A DNA stretch of 64,000 nucleotides from Tubiluchus corallicola (lineage: Eukaryota > Animalia > Priapulida), in contig JAQGDQ010000497.1 in assembly GCA_030141605.1 (NCBI GenBank), forward strand, positions 99,841 to 163,840, in the 5' to 3' direction. Position numbers and translations under genes: made by a program. Within the stretch, counting starts at the first letter, position 1; each line of letters begins with the position of its first letter. Positions 47,102 through 60,000 of the stretch are shown in pieces. The notes beneath the pieces are model-generated. The model did not search any database and was not told where the DNA came from. It saw only the letters and a list, made by a program, of their open reading frames with translations.

Positions 47102-50100
47102 CTGCACAAGTCTAGCTAAATACTAAATTAATTTAATTATATTCTTTGTATTTGAGCTTTTGTCGTGTGTGTAATTATGCAGTGTTTGTCTGCTAAGTGG
47201 TACATCCTGTCAAGTGTTTATTGTTATAGGCAATGTTGAATACTTGCCAGTCTGGGAATAGTCCAACGAAACTTGGACATTTCTTTCGTTAACAAGCAAC
47301 TGGCATTAAGATTTTTATATCGTGAAACTTTAATCGATTTCTCTTTGTTTGAGAGTTTTTTGCAGTGAGTGGTAAATTTGAAGTAAGGCTAAAAATGGAC
47401 AATAATAGCCGATATCAGACTGTCTGTACCATTTATTTTTTAGTAGCTGATTCACAGTGAGAGTTAAACACCTCTTGCAATATCTATAAACACGTAAAAA
47501 ACAGTGATTAGCGATCTGGCTAAACACTTAATTTAAACATTAAGTCAAAGAAAGTCTTGGTGTATTGTTCTATTGGTCCCTAATTAGTTAAGTAAAATTA
47601 TTTTTATAGATTTATCTCAAAATTACTGACCAGTATTAGATTTGCATTACATACTTGCATTTCACATTTTTAAAACATCTTATCATTGTTGTTTCTTATC
47701 ATTTCATGATAAGCAGAGTTCCTACGTGATCAGGAGGTGCCACCAGTGCAATTGTTGATGAATCTTGCAATCTCTTATGCAAAATTACTTTTGATAGCTC
47801 AAATCAATCTTTGCAGCCAATGCTTGTATCGTATCTAAGAAATTCCAGTAATAAATTATGCATTTCCGTATAGCTTAATCCGGTCTAATGACTGCTGTAA
47901 ATACTGTATATACTAGTGATAGTTATAGGTATATTATATATTATAAATTTCCAAGTTAAAAAATACTCGTCCAGCTGGAATATTTTATTATCATCACGTA
48001 TAGTTTTTATCATGCCGATGTCGTGTGTTCATGTAAAAAATATTACATTAAGATTAGGCATAGAGAGTGGCCCGGCGGTACGAGTTCATTTCATATGAGT
48101 TTGTTTACCCTTATTATTATTATTTATTGTTGCAGTGTATGCTGTGTTTTATAAGACCAGGCTAGTGTCCTCAATAAGCAGTTTAGTTATGTGATATTAC
48201 TATTATTACTATTGAAGTATTTGTGAGTTTACTCTACTTAAGATTAGGTTAGTTTTTATAATGAAGTACTCTGGCTGATTTAGTGAGCTTCGAAGAAATG
48301 TTTCTGGTATTTACTATTATTTTGTAGATGTTTTACTCAAGGGTAATGTTTTCACCATGAATATCCTTTAAAGGACAAGAAAAGGGGTACTTGGAGTATG
48401 TTTCAGAAAAAACGCCCTAAAAAATTACATGACTTCATAGCAATTTTATGTGTATGTCGTACTCGCGTTGGAAGGATTTTTTTGTTTGTTTTGTTTAATC
48501 TCTCGCAAAACTGTTCTGACCGCGCAATTACGTGGTGTCATATACGCACAACGTAAATCAGAGGAAGAAAAGGAAATGTTAAATTATGTCCCACAAAACT
48601 TTCCATGCAAAATTATATTACTTAGCATTTCGCTTACCTGTTTGAAAGACTTATGTAACTAGAAATTAAATTTAAATTATTTAAAATGTTTTCACCAGTT
48701 GGTAAAATGTCGTTGACTCACCCTCCAGGGTGCACCACTCTCTAACCAAAACAGATATTTTTGATCTTATTGACAAGATACAGTAATTTAAAATTTTGCT
48801 TAGTTAGTGATGTGTACGCTACGAATGCCGTGGCTGTCGTTTCAAACTTTACTCTGTGTTATTTTAAACTTGTTTCAAATGATTTAACATCAAAATGGTT
48901 GCATCTAACGTTTATCACGGGAGTTTAAATTTACATGTTTTATACAGCGTTACTGCTTATGCAAGTCCTTTGTACAAAAAGGAAGTATGTAAGTGGTATA
49001 AAATTTATAGACAATTTTTTTAAGCTATATGTAAGTGAGGGTTTTCTAGTGCTTTAAGTCATCGGTCGAAATTTCTCACAAAATCTTACGAAAAAAAATG
49101 TGTGAATCATAGGAAAGTAAAACTGTAAAACAGATTGTTCTTTCTGGTAGAAAACAAGAAGTTGTTTGTGTTGACTGAATAATGATATTTCTAATCAACT
49201 TTTACTAAAATTTTGTAAAAAAAATTAAAAGTGGTAGGTTTGTTATTCTAGTAGCTATGCTTTCTTTCGTTGCTTTATTTTCTATTTAGGATGAAATGTG
49301 TTGTTATGAAGAAAATGTTTTTCACTAAAGTAGAACGCATACTACATACCTAGCTTTGTACTTACAATTTTTAGTTAGAATTAGTTAAATTTGTCTCGTG
49401 CAACTCTTCCTAGGTGCTCCGTGAAGGGAAAAAGTTGTGGTCTAACACACACTAGCGTAACGTGGGACATTTTTGTAAATATTGGTACGGTTTGATTACT
49501 GCTTTGTAAATACATGTAGCATAAACGTAAAAAAATAATTTAATAGTATCATGTGATAGTTGATAACCATGTATTCCACAACTCCATTTTCTCCATATCA
49601 TAAGGTAATTGACGGCTATTGTTCTTAGCGAAGATTTTTGTCCGCATTTTTTACGTATGACCATTTTTATTGGACTTATAATGCGACATATAATGTCCCC
49701 AAATTTCATTCAACTTGCCTTTTTGCTATTAAAATTTGTTTTTATTAGTAAATGTGGCTTAAATCGCTTGTTCAATTGTCAATTTTTACTATTTAAACAT
49801 TAGCACTTCAGCCGGTACATGCCAGGAAATTCTCTGTTTAATTTCTGATTTCACGTTATCACTTAGTTTGAATAAAAACATTGACTTATAATTACAATAC
49901 TTTTTTCTTGTTCAGCGGGCTAGAATGAAATGATTATACTGTTTTAAACTAAATCATGATTAATTTTCGTGAACTGGTGATGCTACTTTCTGTCTCCTTT
50001 CAAAGCTTGTGGTTTTTTTTATTAAATTAAATAAGCAAACTCAATTGTTACCCTGAATGTAACACTTTAAAGTCAGTTTGGTGGGTTATTTATCATTAAG

Positions 50101-51025
50101 TGTGTACCAGTCTAGCATTTCCTATTGAAATTATACGAGCTCTCAGCACTTGTGCATTTGTTAATAGTCACTATCAAAACCTATAACTGATTTTTTACTT
50201 TGACCCACTGTATTAAGTTTGTTCTTTTTCTTCATTCTTTTATCGATTGCCTTTATATGCTCTACCTACTATTTAGAATGTCAGGTTTGTGATTTCAAAT
50301 TTGGTACTACCATGGGTATTTATTTTAACAGCATCCGTGTGTTTCTATGTACATTCTTGTTTTGCTCTCTCGTAGCTATAATAGTTTGATACTTATACAC
50401 ATTGTAAACTTGCAACAGCTGTATAGCACTTATAAATTAATAAATTCTGTACCAGAAGAAATGTTATTTTTTCTTTTCTTTCTTTTTTCATTGTACACTG
50501 TACACTAAAGCCTAGTGCATACCAATCAGCTGGTTTTTTTGGCAAGGAAAAAACTGGCTGCCATACTAAGTTTCTTCGCATTACTAGGTCTGCTAATTAT
50601 GCTCTCACAGCCCCTCATTTGCTTGCTTTCTGACATTTTTTGAGCTGCATAAAAAGGGTTTCATCGGACAGAGTGAAGAAGGGCTGGTTACGTGAATTTT
50701 TTTTGAAAAATTTTGTCTTGCTTATCGACCTTTCGTTGATCTCAAATTGAAGCCTTCAACCCATTAAATGCCAGATAGGAATGATCAAATTGCCATGATA
50801 AAGAAGTGGCATTGGGAAGAGTAATTCCCGTAGATTGCCATGTAAACAAAACCTTAAAGTGTGGTTAAAAGTTACAAAATGTGATCCTATAATTTTATAT
50901 CAAATTATATGCTCTGTAACATGTCACTAACGCTAACCACGAGGGAAGTTGCTGACGGAGACGGGGTGAAAAATCGATTGGTGCGTTCTGGGTGTTGCTT
51001 GATTGTTTTGTTCTGGACAGAAAGC

Positions 51026-54000
51026 ATGGCGGACGTTTGGTATCCTTATGAGATGTTTCAAGCTTTTCTTTTGGTATGTTTGAAGTAATATTATGTACTA
51101 TAACGTTATAACCATTTTTATAAAATTGTTATTGTCCAAGATATCTTACTTAAAGGTATCTTACCTACCCCTCACTTATGCATTGATTTTATCCTACTCA
51201 CATTTGTTTACTACACTTTATTTGTTTAACTTGTCAACTCACAACACGGCGGTGTTTGCTTGCGGCATATGCGCACTATAAGTCTAATAACCCGCATCGA
51301 TTGTGGCTATTATTTCCAAGACAAGTGTTGCTAAAACAACACATCGGAAAATAAAGTGCGTTGTCTGTGGAAGCTATGTTCATGATAGGCTTAATTATTG
51401 AAATTAATAATAATAATACTAATTAATAGCAAGTTTTTATTTTGATTTACTTTAGTTTTTACCTATTTGCATTGTTGAAAAAGTATGGCATAGTGATGTA
51501 AAAACAATGTATAGTAATGTGCACAGCATATTGTATTATGCTATAAATGAGTAGCATGAGGCAAATAAATTTAATGTTAAAAATATATTGAGCATTTCAG
51601 CATTCAAATTTTAGTTGACAAGTATATGATTCAAAATTATATTATTGAAGTTTTTTTTTGAATTTTTTATTATTATCACATTCAGTGCAATAGTGATATT
51701 AAGTACATGGTGACATCAAAATTATAACTTCATCCTGTAATAAATTATTATGTATCATACACTTTCATTATCATAAAAGAATAATTGTACTACATTATAA
51801 GTAAACAAAGTGCAGCTTTAACTTTTATGCAGAAAACAGGATGATGTGAACTGGCTGCGAGCAAAATAAGCAATTCAGACCAACTTATGCAACTAGGGGT
51901 GATCACCTTGTATAAATGATTTTCTCTGATACTTTTATCATAACCAGTTGGGAGAGAGGTAGTGCAGAAACTCGCAGCTGTGAATCAGTGGCTTACACAA
52001 TTTTAATATTTTGTTATCTAAAAATGATGTAAAAGGCTGAACAATTGTTACAGTTTTCTGTACCGATGCTAGCCTGCGGTAAAAAGAATTGCTATACTGT
52101 ACCTCAAAATCTAGTAATGAAATATGTTAACAGTTTAGTTCACAAATAAATGAAAACTTTGTGCTTTGTAACTGTACTTATTTGAGATACTTCACGCAGC
52201 TTCAGTAAGTTTTTGGGTTTTTAGACTGTAGCTATACATGTTATCCTGTATGTAATCAATGTCATAAACTATCATGCTGAATCATCTATGCCAGGGGTGT
52301 GCAAATTGCGGCCCGAGGGCCACTTGCGGCCCGCTGAGAGAATTTGTGTGGCCCGTGCCCGCAAAGAGATTTGTCAACCTAATGTATGTGCGGCCCGGGT
52401 TATTAATTGAGTGTATCCAGCTGAAGTCCGTGCCACAATCCCAAAGATAGTGCGGGTAGTTTTTTCTACTAGATCGGATGCCATTAACCCTTACAAGACG
52501 GCTGTAGCTTAATGTCACTGTACTACACAGACTGTGTGATACACATTACTAATATGCATTGTAATGAAATTACCACTATCTGTCCTGAAAGTAGAAACAT
52601 ATGGTTTGTAATATAAATTTTAATAATTTCTAAAATAGTTTCTTGGGTGTAGTAGTAATGATGTACACAGGTCGGATGCAAAAAAATCGTTATTAGGCCT
52701 TTCTGTACTTGGCTCCTCGATCAAACTGCCTGTGGCCTGCAGGAATTGCGGGAAAGTTTAATGTGGCCCGGCTAGTCACATAATTTGCACACCGCTGATC
52801 TATGCAATCATTTTAGTTTTACACTTTTAGCTGCTAACTGTATAAGAGTTTTATCTGGTTAGCCTTATAGCTAGGCAAATATGCTAAAGAGTGCTTGCGT
52901 GTAAAGGAAGAACCGAACAACAAAATCAAAAAGTTCTATTAAAAAGTTAGAAAATTATCATATTTAACAATTATAATTATGCTGGGAAATTAACTGGGAA
53001 ACTATGAGATATTTTTGAAATATGCAAAATGTTCATTTTCTCTGACAAATTCCGGACACATATGGCTCCCTGGCAGCAACTCTGAAGCATCTGGAAAAAT
53101 CAGGAAAAGGGGTCAAATAATATGTAACCATATTCTTAGCTATCTTGACTTTCATAACTACTGAAGCAAATGTTTTTTTCATGCGGTCGTTTGGATTCTT
53201 AACATTAACAATATTTACAGTACTTAGTGGCTATGATTAAACTAAACTTAATGAAAAATATAGGCTAACACCATTTTGCATAGCCTAAGATAATTGTTTA
53301 TGTATAAATTTGTGTAATGCAGGCACCTACGTATCATCTTGTGTTGGAATTCTTGCTCATTGTGTGGATCATTAGACTTATCTTCAAAAAAAGTTATAAG
53401 CCACATCGGACTGAACTTTCAGAAAAGGTAAAGATTTTAAATTTAGTGATTTGTTAACAAATTTTACAGTCAGGGTGGTTGCAATTCATAGGCATATGGG
53501 ATGAGACCGAGTGTGGGAGCTGTGGGTTGTGTACCAAGTTTCAACTGCCATCACGACACGTTTGGGGTCCATATACTTCTTTCAACAGTTCAGTATTCCT
53601 GGACTCCTCAAGGCTTTCTCTAGTTCTCTTAAATTCGGTGGCCGATTTTTGCTCTTTGGTTAAAGCTGGTTCCCCACTATTGAAGCCATGTAAGTTATAT
53701 GAGTAAAGATGCATTGAAATTTCTAAGTACTATTACAGATGTATATGCCTGTAATACTGTGGTGTCAGATTTTGTCCTTTTATACTTACTGCGGTGCCTA
53801 ACGCTCACCTTTGAAGGTGTCACATTGCAATGAAATATGGCATCTTATTCGAAAAGGAATAAAGCAAATACTTATTCAAGAAGTAGAGATGTGTACAAAC
53901 TAACTTTCATTGGTCTGACTCTTACTAAGACTATAGTCAATTTATGAAGTTTTCAGCTGCCTTTCAATGATCTGCTAGTTAAAAGCTCATCTTTGTTGAT

Positions 54001-57000
54001 GTGATGACTAGTTTTCTCTTAGCAACGCATCCTGTTTCAGAGAAGAAACGTAATTTCCAGTTAACACCCGAGAAGCAGCTGAATTTAACAAGCTATGTTT
54101 TGTATGTCATAGTTTTAACATTGAGGACAATTTTAACCTTTTCTGAAGCAATGTGGATTAATGTTGTTATTTTCGTGGGTTGTAAATATGCAGCTCCAGA
54201 TCAGGCAAAAATGCAATTGATACTGTACCTTAACCCTTTCATACCAGTTGTATCCCATGGGACACGAGAATATTCTCTGCCTTTAAAATTAATAAAATTT
54301 TGATTTAAACCAAATAGACAACAATAGACTAAAAATTGTGATAAAATGGCAAACTAGAAAATCTACATAGCATGACAAACCGTGTAAGGTACAGTACTTT
54401 AGAGACGACTTTGTACAGATCAGCATAGCATGCATACTAAATGTCTTAAATACTTCAAAAAATTATCAGCAGTTGCAAAATAAAGCACATTTTATGCTTC
54501 CATTGAATCCCAATGTATCCCGTGAGATACAGGCTATATTTAGCACACGGGCACAGGTAGAAAAAAATAATTATTATGTGTAAACAAGATGGACATGCTG
54601 AACAAAAGTACCAAGCCAAAAATTTTTTCTTATTAAAAAAATAATTTGGGACTGAAAGGGTTAAAGAAGCTTATTATTTAATTGCCAACTGTTTCTTTCC
54701 AGTTGGTCATTATCGATCATGCTTTACCATTCTGATTTTTTGTTACAAGGTACAACGAAGATTATTGGCTCAGAGTTTTTTATGCTCTTAACTTATTTGC
54801 AACAGGAAAAAGAGGACTTGATTGCAGAATGGATTCCGGAACCTCTAGTGCCAGAAACACCTGCAGATCATCCTGCTTTACATGCACGCGTCATTGAAGG
54901 GTAAGACTAATGTTGTAGAAATTAACACTGAATTGAGGTCTGTCTTAACTACCGTGTGTTGCTTAGAAAACCTGTTTGGATTGTTGGCAAATATGCAACA
55001 CCTAATCCAGCAGAAATTAACACTGACAATACACTGCATTGAAGTGTTTTTAGCTGGCTGTGTGTTGCTTAGAAAACCTGTTTGGATTGTTGGCAAATAT
55101 GCAATACCTGGCAAGCAAAACCCCAGCTTCTTTTTATCACCAGTTATATAATTACATCACGTAGCTTATTCAGCCCTGGATTAACCAATAAGCTTACAAA
55201 ATCAGCATGTGCTTAAGGCCTCGGGGGGGGGGGGGGTGGTGAGGAACCCCCAAAGTTTTTTTCAAATCGAATAATCACACAAAAAATAAAATATACTGGA
55301 ATATGCGTGGCACTTTCTGTGTTTGTTTACAACATGGCATTTTTCATTCATTATCAGTTTCCTTAAGTAGTGAAAATGATAGTGTTTGCACTGTGTTTGT
55401 TATGACAAGTTTTGTTCACTATGTTATGCTGATCTTATGTAATAAGCTACTCTATGTTTATTGCAAGATTTGTTGATTCTCATGTAGATATGCTAAATGA
55501 GTGGCCTTTTATAAGATTTTGAGTCATCTCTGTATTTTTAATTTGCTATCACTTTTTGTGCTATGTAAAGCCGATGCCCTAGTATTTACTATAAATAAAT
55601 CTTACTGCAAGTTTTTTCATTTTGAAAGATAAAATTTTGTTTCACAGTTTACTATTGTTTTTATTCGGAATTACATTTATATAAGGGACAACATAACATT
55701 TTCAGTGCTTAGAGCTTCTTGAGCTTTTAATCCAGCCCTGAGGATATTGGTCTGAATTTAGATAACATTTAGAAATTGAAACTGTACTTTTACAGATATA
55801 CTTCGTACTTGCTAATGCTACTTTTTTTAGACTATCGTAATTTGTAACTAGCTGTTTTGTGATCTGTATTTAAAAGTACCACAAGCTTTTGCTTTAACTG
55901 TCTTTACGAGATAAACTGAGAAGATCCAGTCACTTAACAAAAATATTTCAGGAAACCAGGCAAGATTGTTACACTGAATGGTAGGAAATGCTACAATATG
56001 GCTACTTTGAATTTTCTCAACATGATTGGACAGGAAGCAGTTGAGGTATCCTAATTATTTCCTCAATTCTTAAACTGAATTGAAATCTTGCAATGAAGAT
56101 TGTTTGTCCATCTGTTTTTAATCCCTTTAGACATAAAAAGGACCATGTAGGCCAATCTTGGTGTATTTTATCATGTATAATTAGGTACACTAATGAAAGA
56201 GATTTCCTAAATCAACTACTAATGTTTGATCTTTGGCCTACAAAATATTATTAAATTCTTTTTATGCTTTATCTGCTCCACGAGCTTTTGAGTTACCATA
56301 CTCAGCTTGTGGCGTAAGACGTGCCACAGTTTATAGTAAGTTTGTAGTAATAAAGCAGTTTGAAACAACTGCTAAAAAATTTCTTTAAAGGAAAAACAGA
56401 TGATTGTGTGAACATTAGTTCAGAATAAAGAATGCTCTAAAATATTAAAAACTACAATAGCTTTTTATAAATCAGTTTTTTTTTTCAATCAAAGCTTAGA
56501 CTAAATAATAATTACCTCACATAATCAAATTTTGTTAAACTTTCAAAGCTACGTGCAGCTCAGTGAATCTACTAATATTGGCAACGGCGGCTTTTTGTCA
56601 CATTCGCATGGCCGACAAATAGAAGGCAGTACCGTGATAACCATGATCATTGAACTGCACTGTTAGTTTCTGATGTCATATGATGTAGAGCCCATTTTCG
56701 TGACATCACGTGTTTAAACAGTAACACTTACGCAAACGTGCTTGACACGCAACGGAATATGCCTGCCATTGCACAAACTGTGGTTGGTTTCTGGCGTAAG
56801 CAATAGCTGTGTTCGGTTACCATTAATTAATTTTCTAACCTAATTATTCAAATATAAAAAAGAATTGCTAACTCTTATAGACAAGAAAACGTATATTTTG
56901 GACAGTAAATTAAAATGAGATTGGGTCTAAACAATTGTCTGGTCATCCTTTAAACTCGTTACATTTGTAACAACTATGGGAGGTCAACGAATGTAATCTA

Positions 57001-60000
57001 TAATTCCCTTGTGTTTTGTGCATGTGACATAGCTGCTGATTTGTTGACATTGCTGTCTTGCTACTCTAGATTCTGGCACGTTGTTATTGTGCACTTTTGT
57101 AATGACTCTAGACAATAGGAAACCGTAATTAAAATTTTGGCATTTTTCATCTTCACATTTTGTATTTTTGGGTAAAATAAAATGCACATTTTCCTAAATA
57201 TTTATTAGTTATTTATTTGTGTTTATAGAATGCAGCCATACAAACTCTCAGAATCAATGGCGTCGGATCTTGTGGTCCACGTGGATTTTACGGAACAGTC
57301 GGTACAGTTTTTCGAAAATTCATTTTTGCGATGTTTTACGTTACCTCTATCTCGGCAAACAGCTTCTGTCTGTCGTGGATGTGTTTTGTGTTTTTTTGCT
57401 GTTTGTTACTGCAGTTTTGTCTTAAGGCTCAATTAACTTGGTGTTTGTCATTTTTGGATCACAAACATGAACAGTTTCTTTGTTTGCAAAAGACCAACAC
57501 TAAAATACTACAAGTTTCATGCATGTCTTTTAATCTGTTAACCCTTTCAGTCCCAAATTATTTTTTTAATAAGAAAACGTTTTTTGGCTTGGTACTTTTG
57601 TTCAGTATGTCCATCTTGTTTACACATAATAATTATTTTTTCTACCTGTGCCCGTGTGCTAAATATAGCCTGTATCCCACGGGATGCATTGGGATTCAGT
57701 GGTTGCTAAACATGGTAAAAAGCAAATGCTGATAATTTTTTAAAGTATTTAAGACATTTAGTATGCATCCTATACTGATCTGTACAAAGTTGTCTCTAAA
57801 GTACTGTACATTGCGCAGTTTTTTGTGCTATGTAGATTTTCTAGCTTGCCATTTTATCACCATTTTTAGTCTATTGTTATTGGCTTAAATCAAAATAACT
57901 ATTAACAGATCAAATAACTGTCAGTTTTAAAATTTTATTAATTTTAAAGGCAGAGAATATTCCCGTATCCCATGGGATACAATGGGTATGAAAGGGTTAA
58001 TGTTTCTACTTTGGTCCTCCAATATTTTAGATAAGCACTTAGATTTGGAAGACCGGATAGCTAAATTTATGGGTGTAGAGGAGGCGGTACTCTACTCTTA
58101 CGGCTTCCCCACCATTGCCAGTGTTATTCCGTCCTACTCAAAAAGAGGAGACCTCATCTTTTGGTAAGTGTAAAACGGAGTTCTCACTAATGTGGCGTTA
58201 AGCGAAACACTGTTAAATGAACCCACATTTTGCACGGGAATTTTCCAAGTAGAATGGTTGTGTTGTGTTTTAGTAACAAAAGTCTGTCATGCTTTGCTTA
58301 CATAAATCAATCGTATTATGGGTTTTGTTGCTGATGAGCATTCATTGGCGTTTTCCGGTTTAAATTATTTATAGATTGGGTTGGAATATTTGAAAATTAT
58401 GTGATTCTTGCTGAGAACAACAATTTAAGTATGATACGTTGTCCTTTGGCTCTGGGGAAAAGTCTGAGTGGTTGTTTAGTGTGATTAATGATTTTGGCAT
58501 TGTGGCTTTTTCGAATAAAATTGCTTGCAAGCATTTTGTGACCAGTGTCATGATTCACCATTGGTGTGCAAGCAATTTTTTGGCTTGGAAAATGTTTCTT
58601 GGTTTTGCTTTCTTGAATCTTGGCAATAACGTTGTGGTGAGAGCATAATTATAATACTACAGTAAACTCCACGTATCTCAAAATGGCATAACTCAAATTT
58701 CCGTCTAATTCAAAGCATTTCAGGACGACGGATGAAATCCTTCATTTTTCCCACAAAAAAAACATTGGTCAACTCGAAGTTTTTTCAGTCCGGTTGGATT
58801 TGAGTTATGCGGAGTTTACTGTATACTGTTTTCGTTTTGCATCCATCATGCAGCCTTCATGCAGCCTTTGTCAATAAACTGAAATTGTTTTACGATGTAA
58901 CCAATGCCTTTTTAAAGCAACTGTGTCCCTGTTATATACAAAAAATGTTTAATAGGTGCAATATTTTATTGATAGGTATTTGTTTCATTTTTAATTTTTT
59001 TGAGCATTAAATAGTGCACTTGTAATTAGGTATAGCTTCAGGTAATGCACGTGATTAAAAGTAGTAACTACTTTGCATGGAATTTTTTTAGATGTGTAGA
59101 GCAGAAAGTTTTAGTTAGTTTAAATATATTTTTATTGAAGTATTACAATAGGGCTTGAACAGACAGTTTTTAACAACTGATAAATGTTCTCACCAGTGAA
59201 ACATAGAGTAAATACAATAGACAAACAGAAGAAATATTACAGTGTGACTACTAGCAGTAAGGACACATACATAGCATATTGTTGAGAATGACATTAATAT
59301 TACTACATGATCAATATGAACTAATACAATGGTTAAAAGCGCTTAGTTAGAAATATAAATTTCTGTACAAGCACAATGTTTTGAAATCAATTTCTACATT
59401 CACATGTAGTCTTCTTTGAGAGAGGATGTTTACACATTTCAACTTACTGGTGATGCCTTTTCCAGTTCAGTGTCTAATCTCAGAAAATTATCTTTGATAG
59501 TGAGATAGAATCTGATCCATCTAAGTTAAGCAGATTCTCTGGTTGTGTGATAAATGCTGACCTGCAGATTGTGGAACTATGTAAAAAATCATATTTCCCC
59601 GTATTTCAGTGAAGACAACCCCACAGGCCTGTCAAGCGCATAAATCCACCACATCAGGAGTTCAGAACCTGGTGGCCGCTTTTCCTCTACCTTCATGGTC
59701 AGGCGATGTCGGAGTTTACTGAAACGAAAATTGAATTTCTCTCCCAAGACAAACATATTCTAAAGTACTCACCACATCCCACAAATAAAAAAAAATAAGA
59801 ATTGATATTCCATTCCAATATATTCCATTGATATCTAGCTTTTTGTGCTGTTTTGAACAAAGGTCTGTCAATAAACCATAAAAGTCATGCTGTTAGTTAT
59901 GTTTAATTTTGCAGTGACGAAGGAGTCTGCTTTGCTGTTCAGCAAGGCTTGAGAGCATCAAGAAGCGTTGTCAAGTATTTCAAGCACAATGATGTTGATG

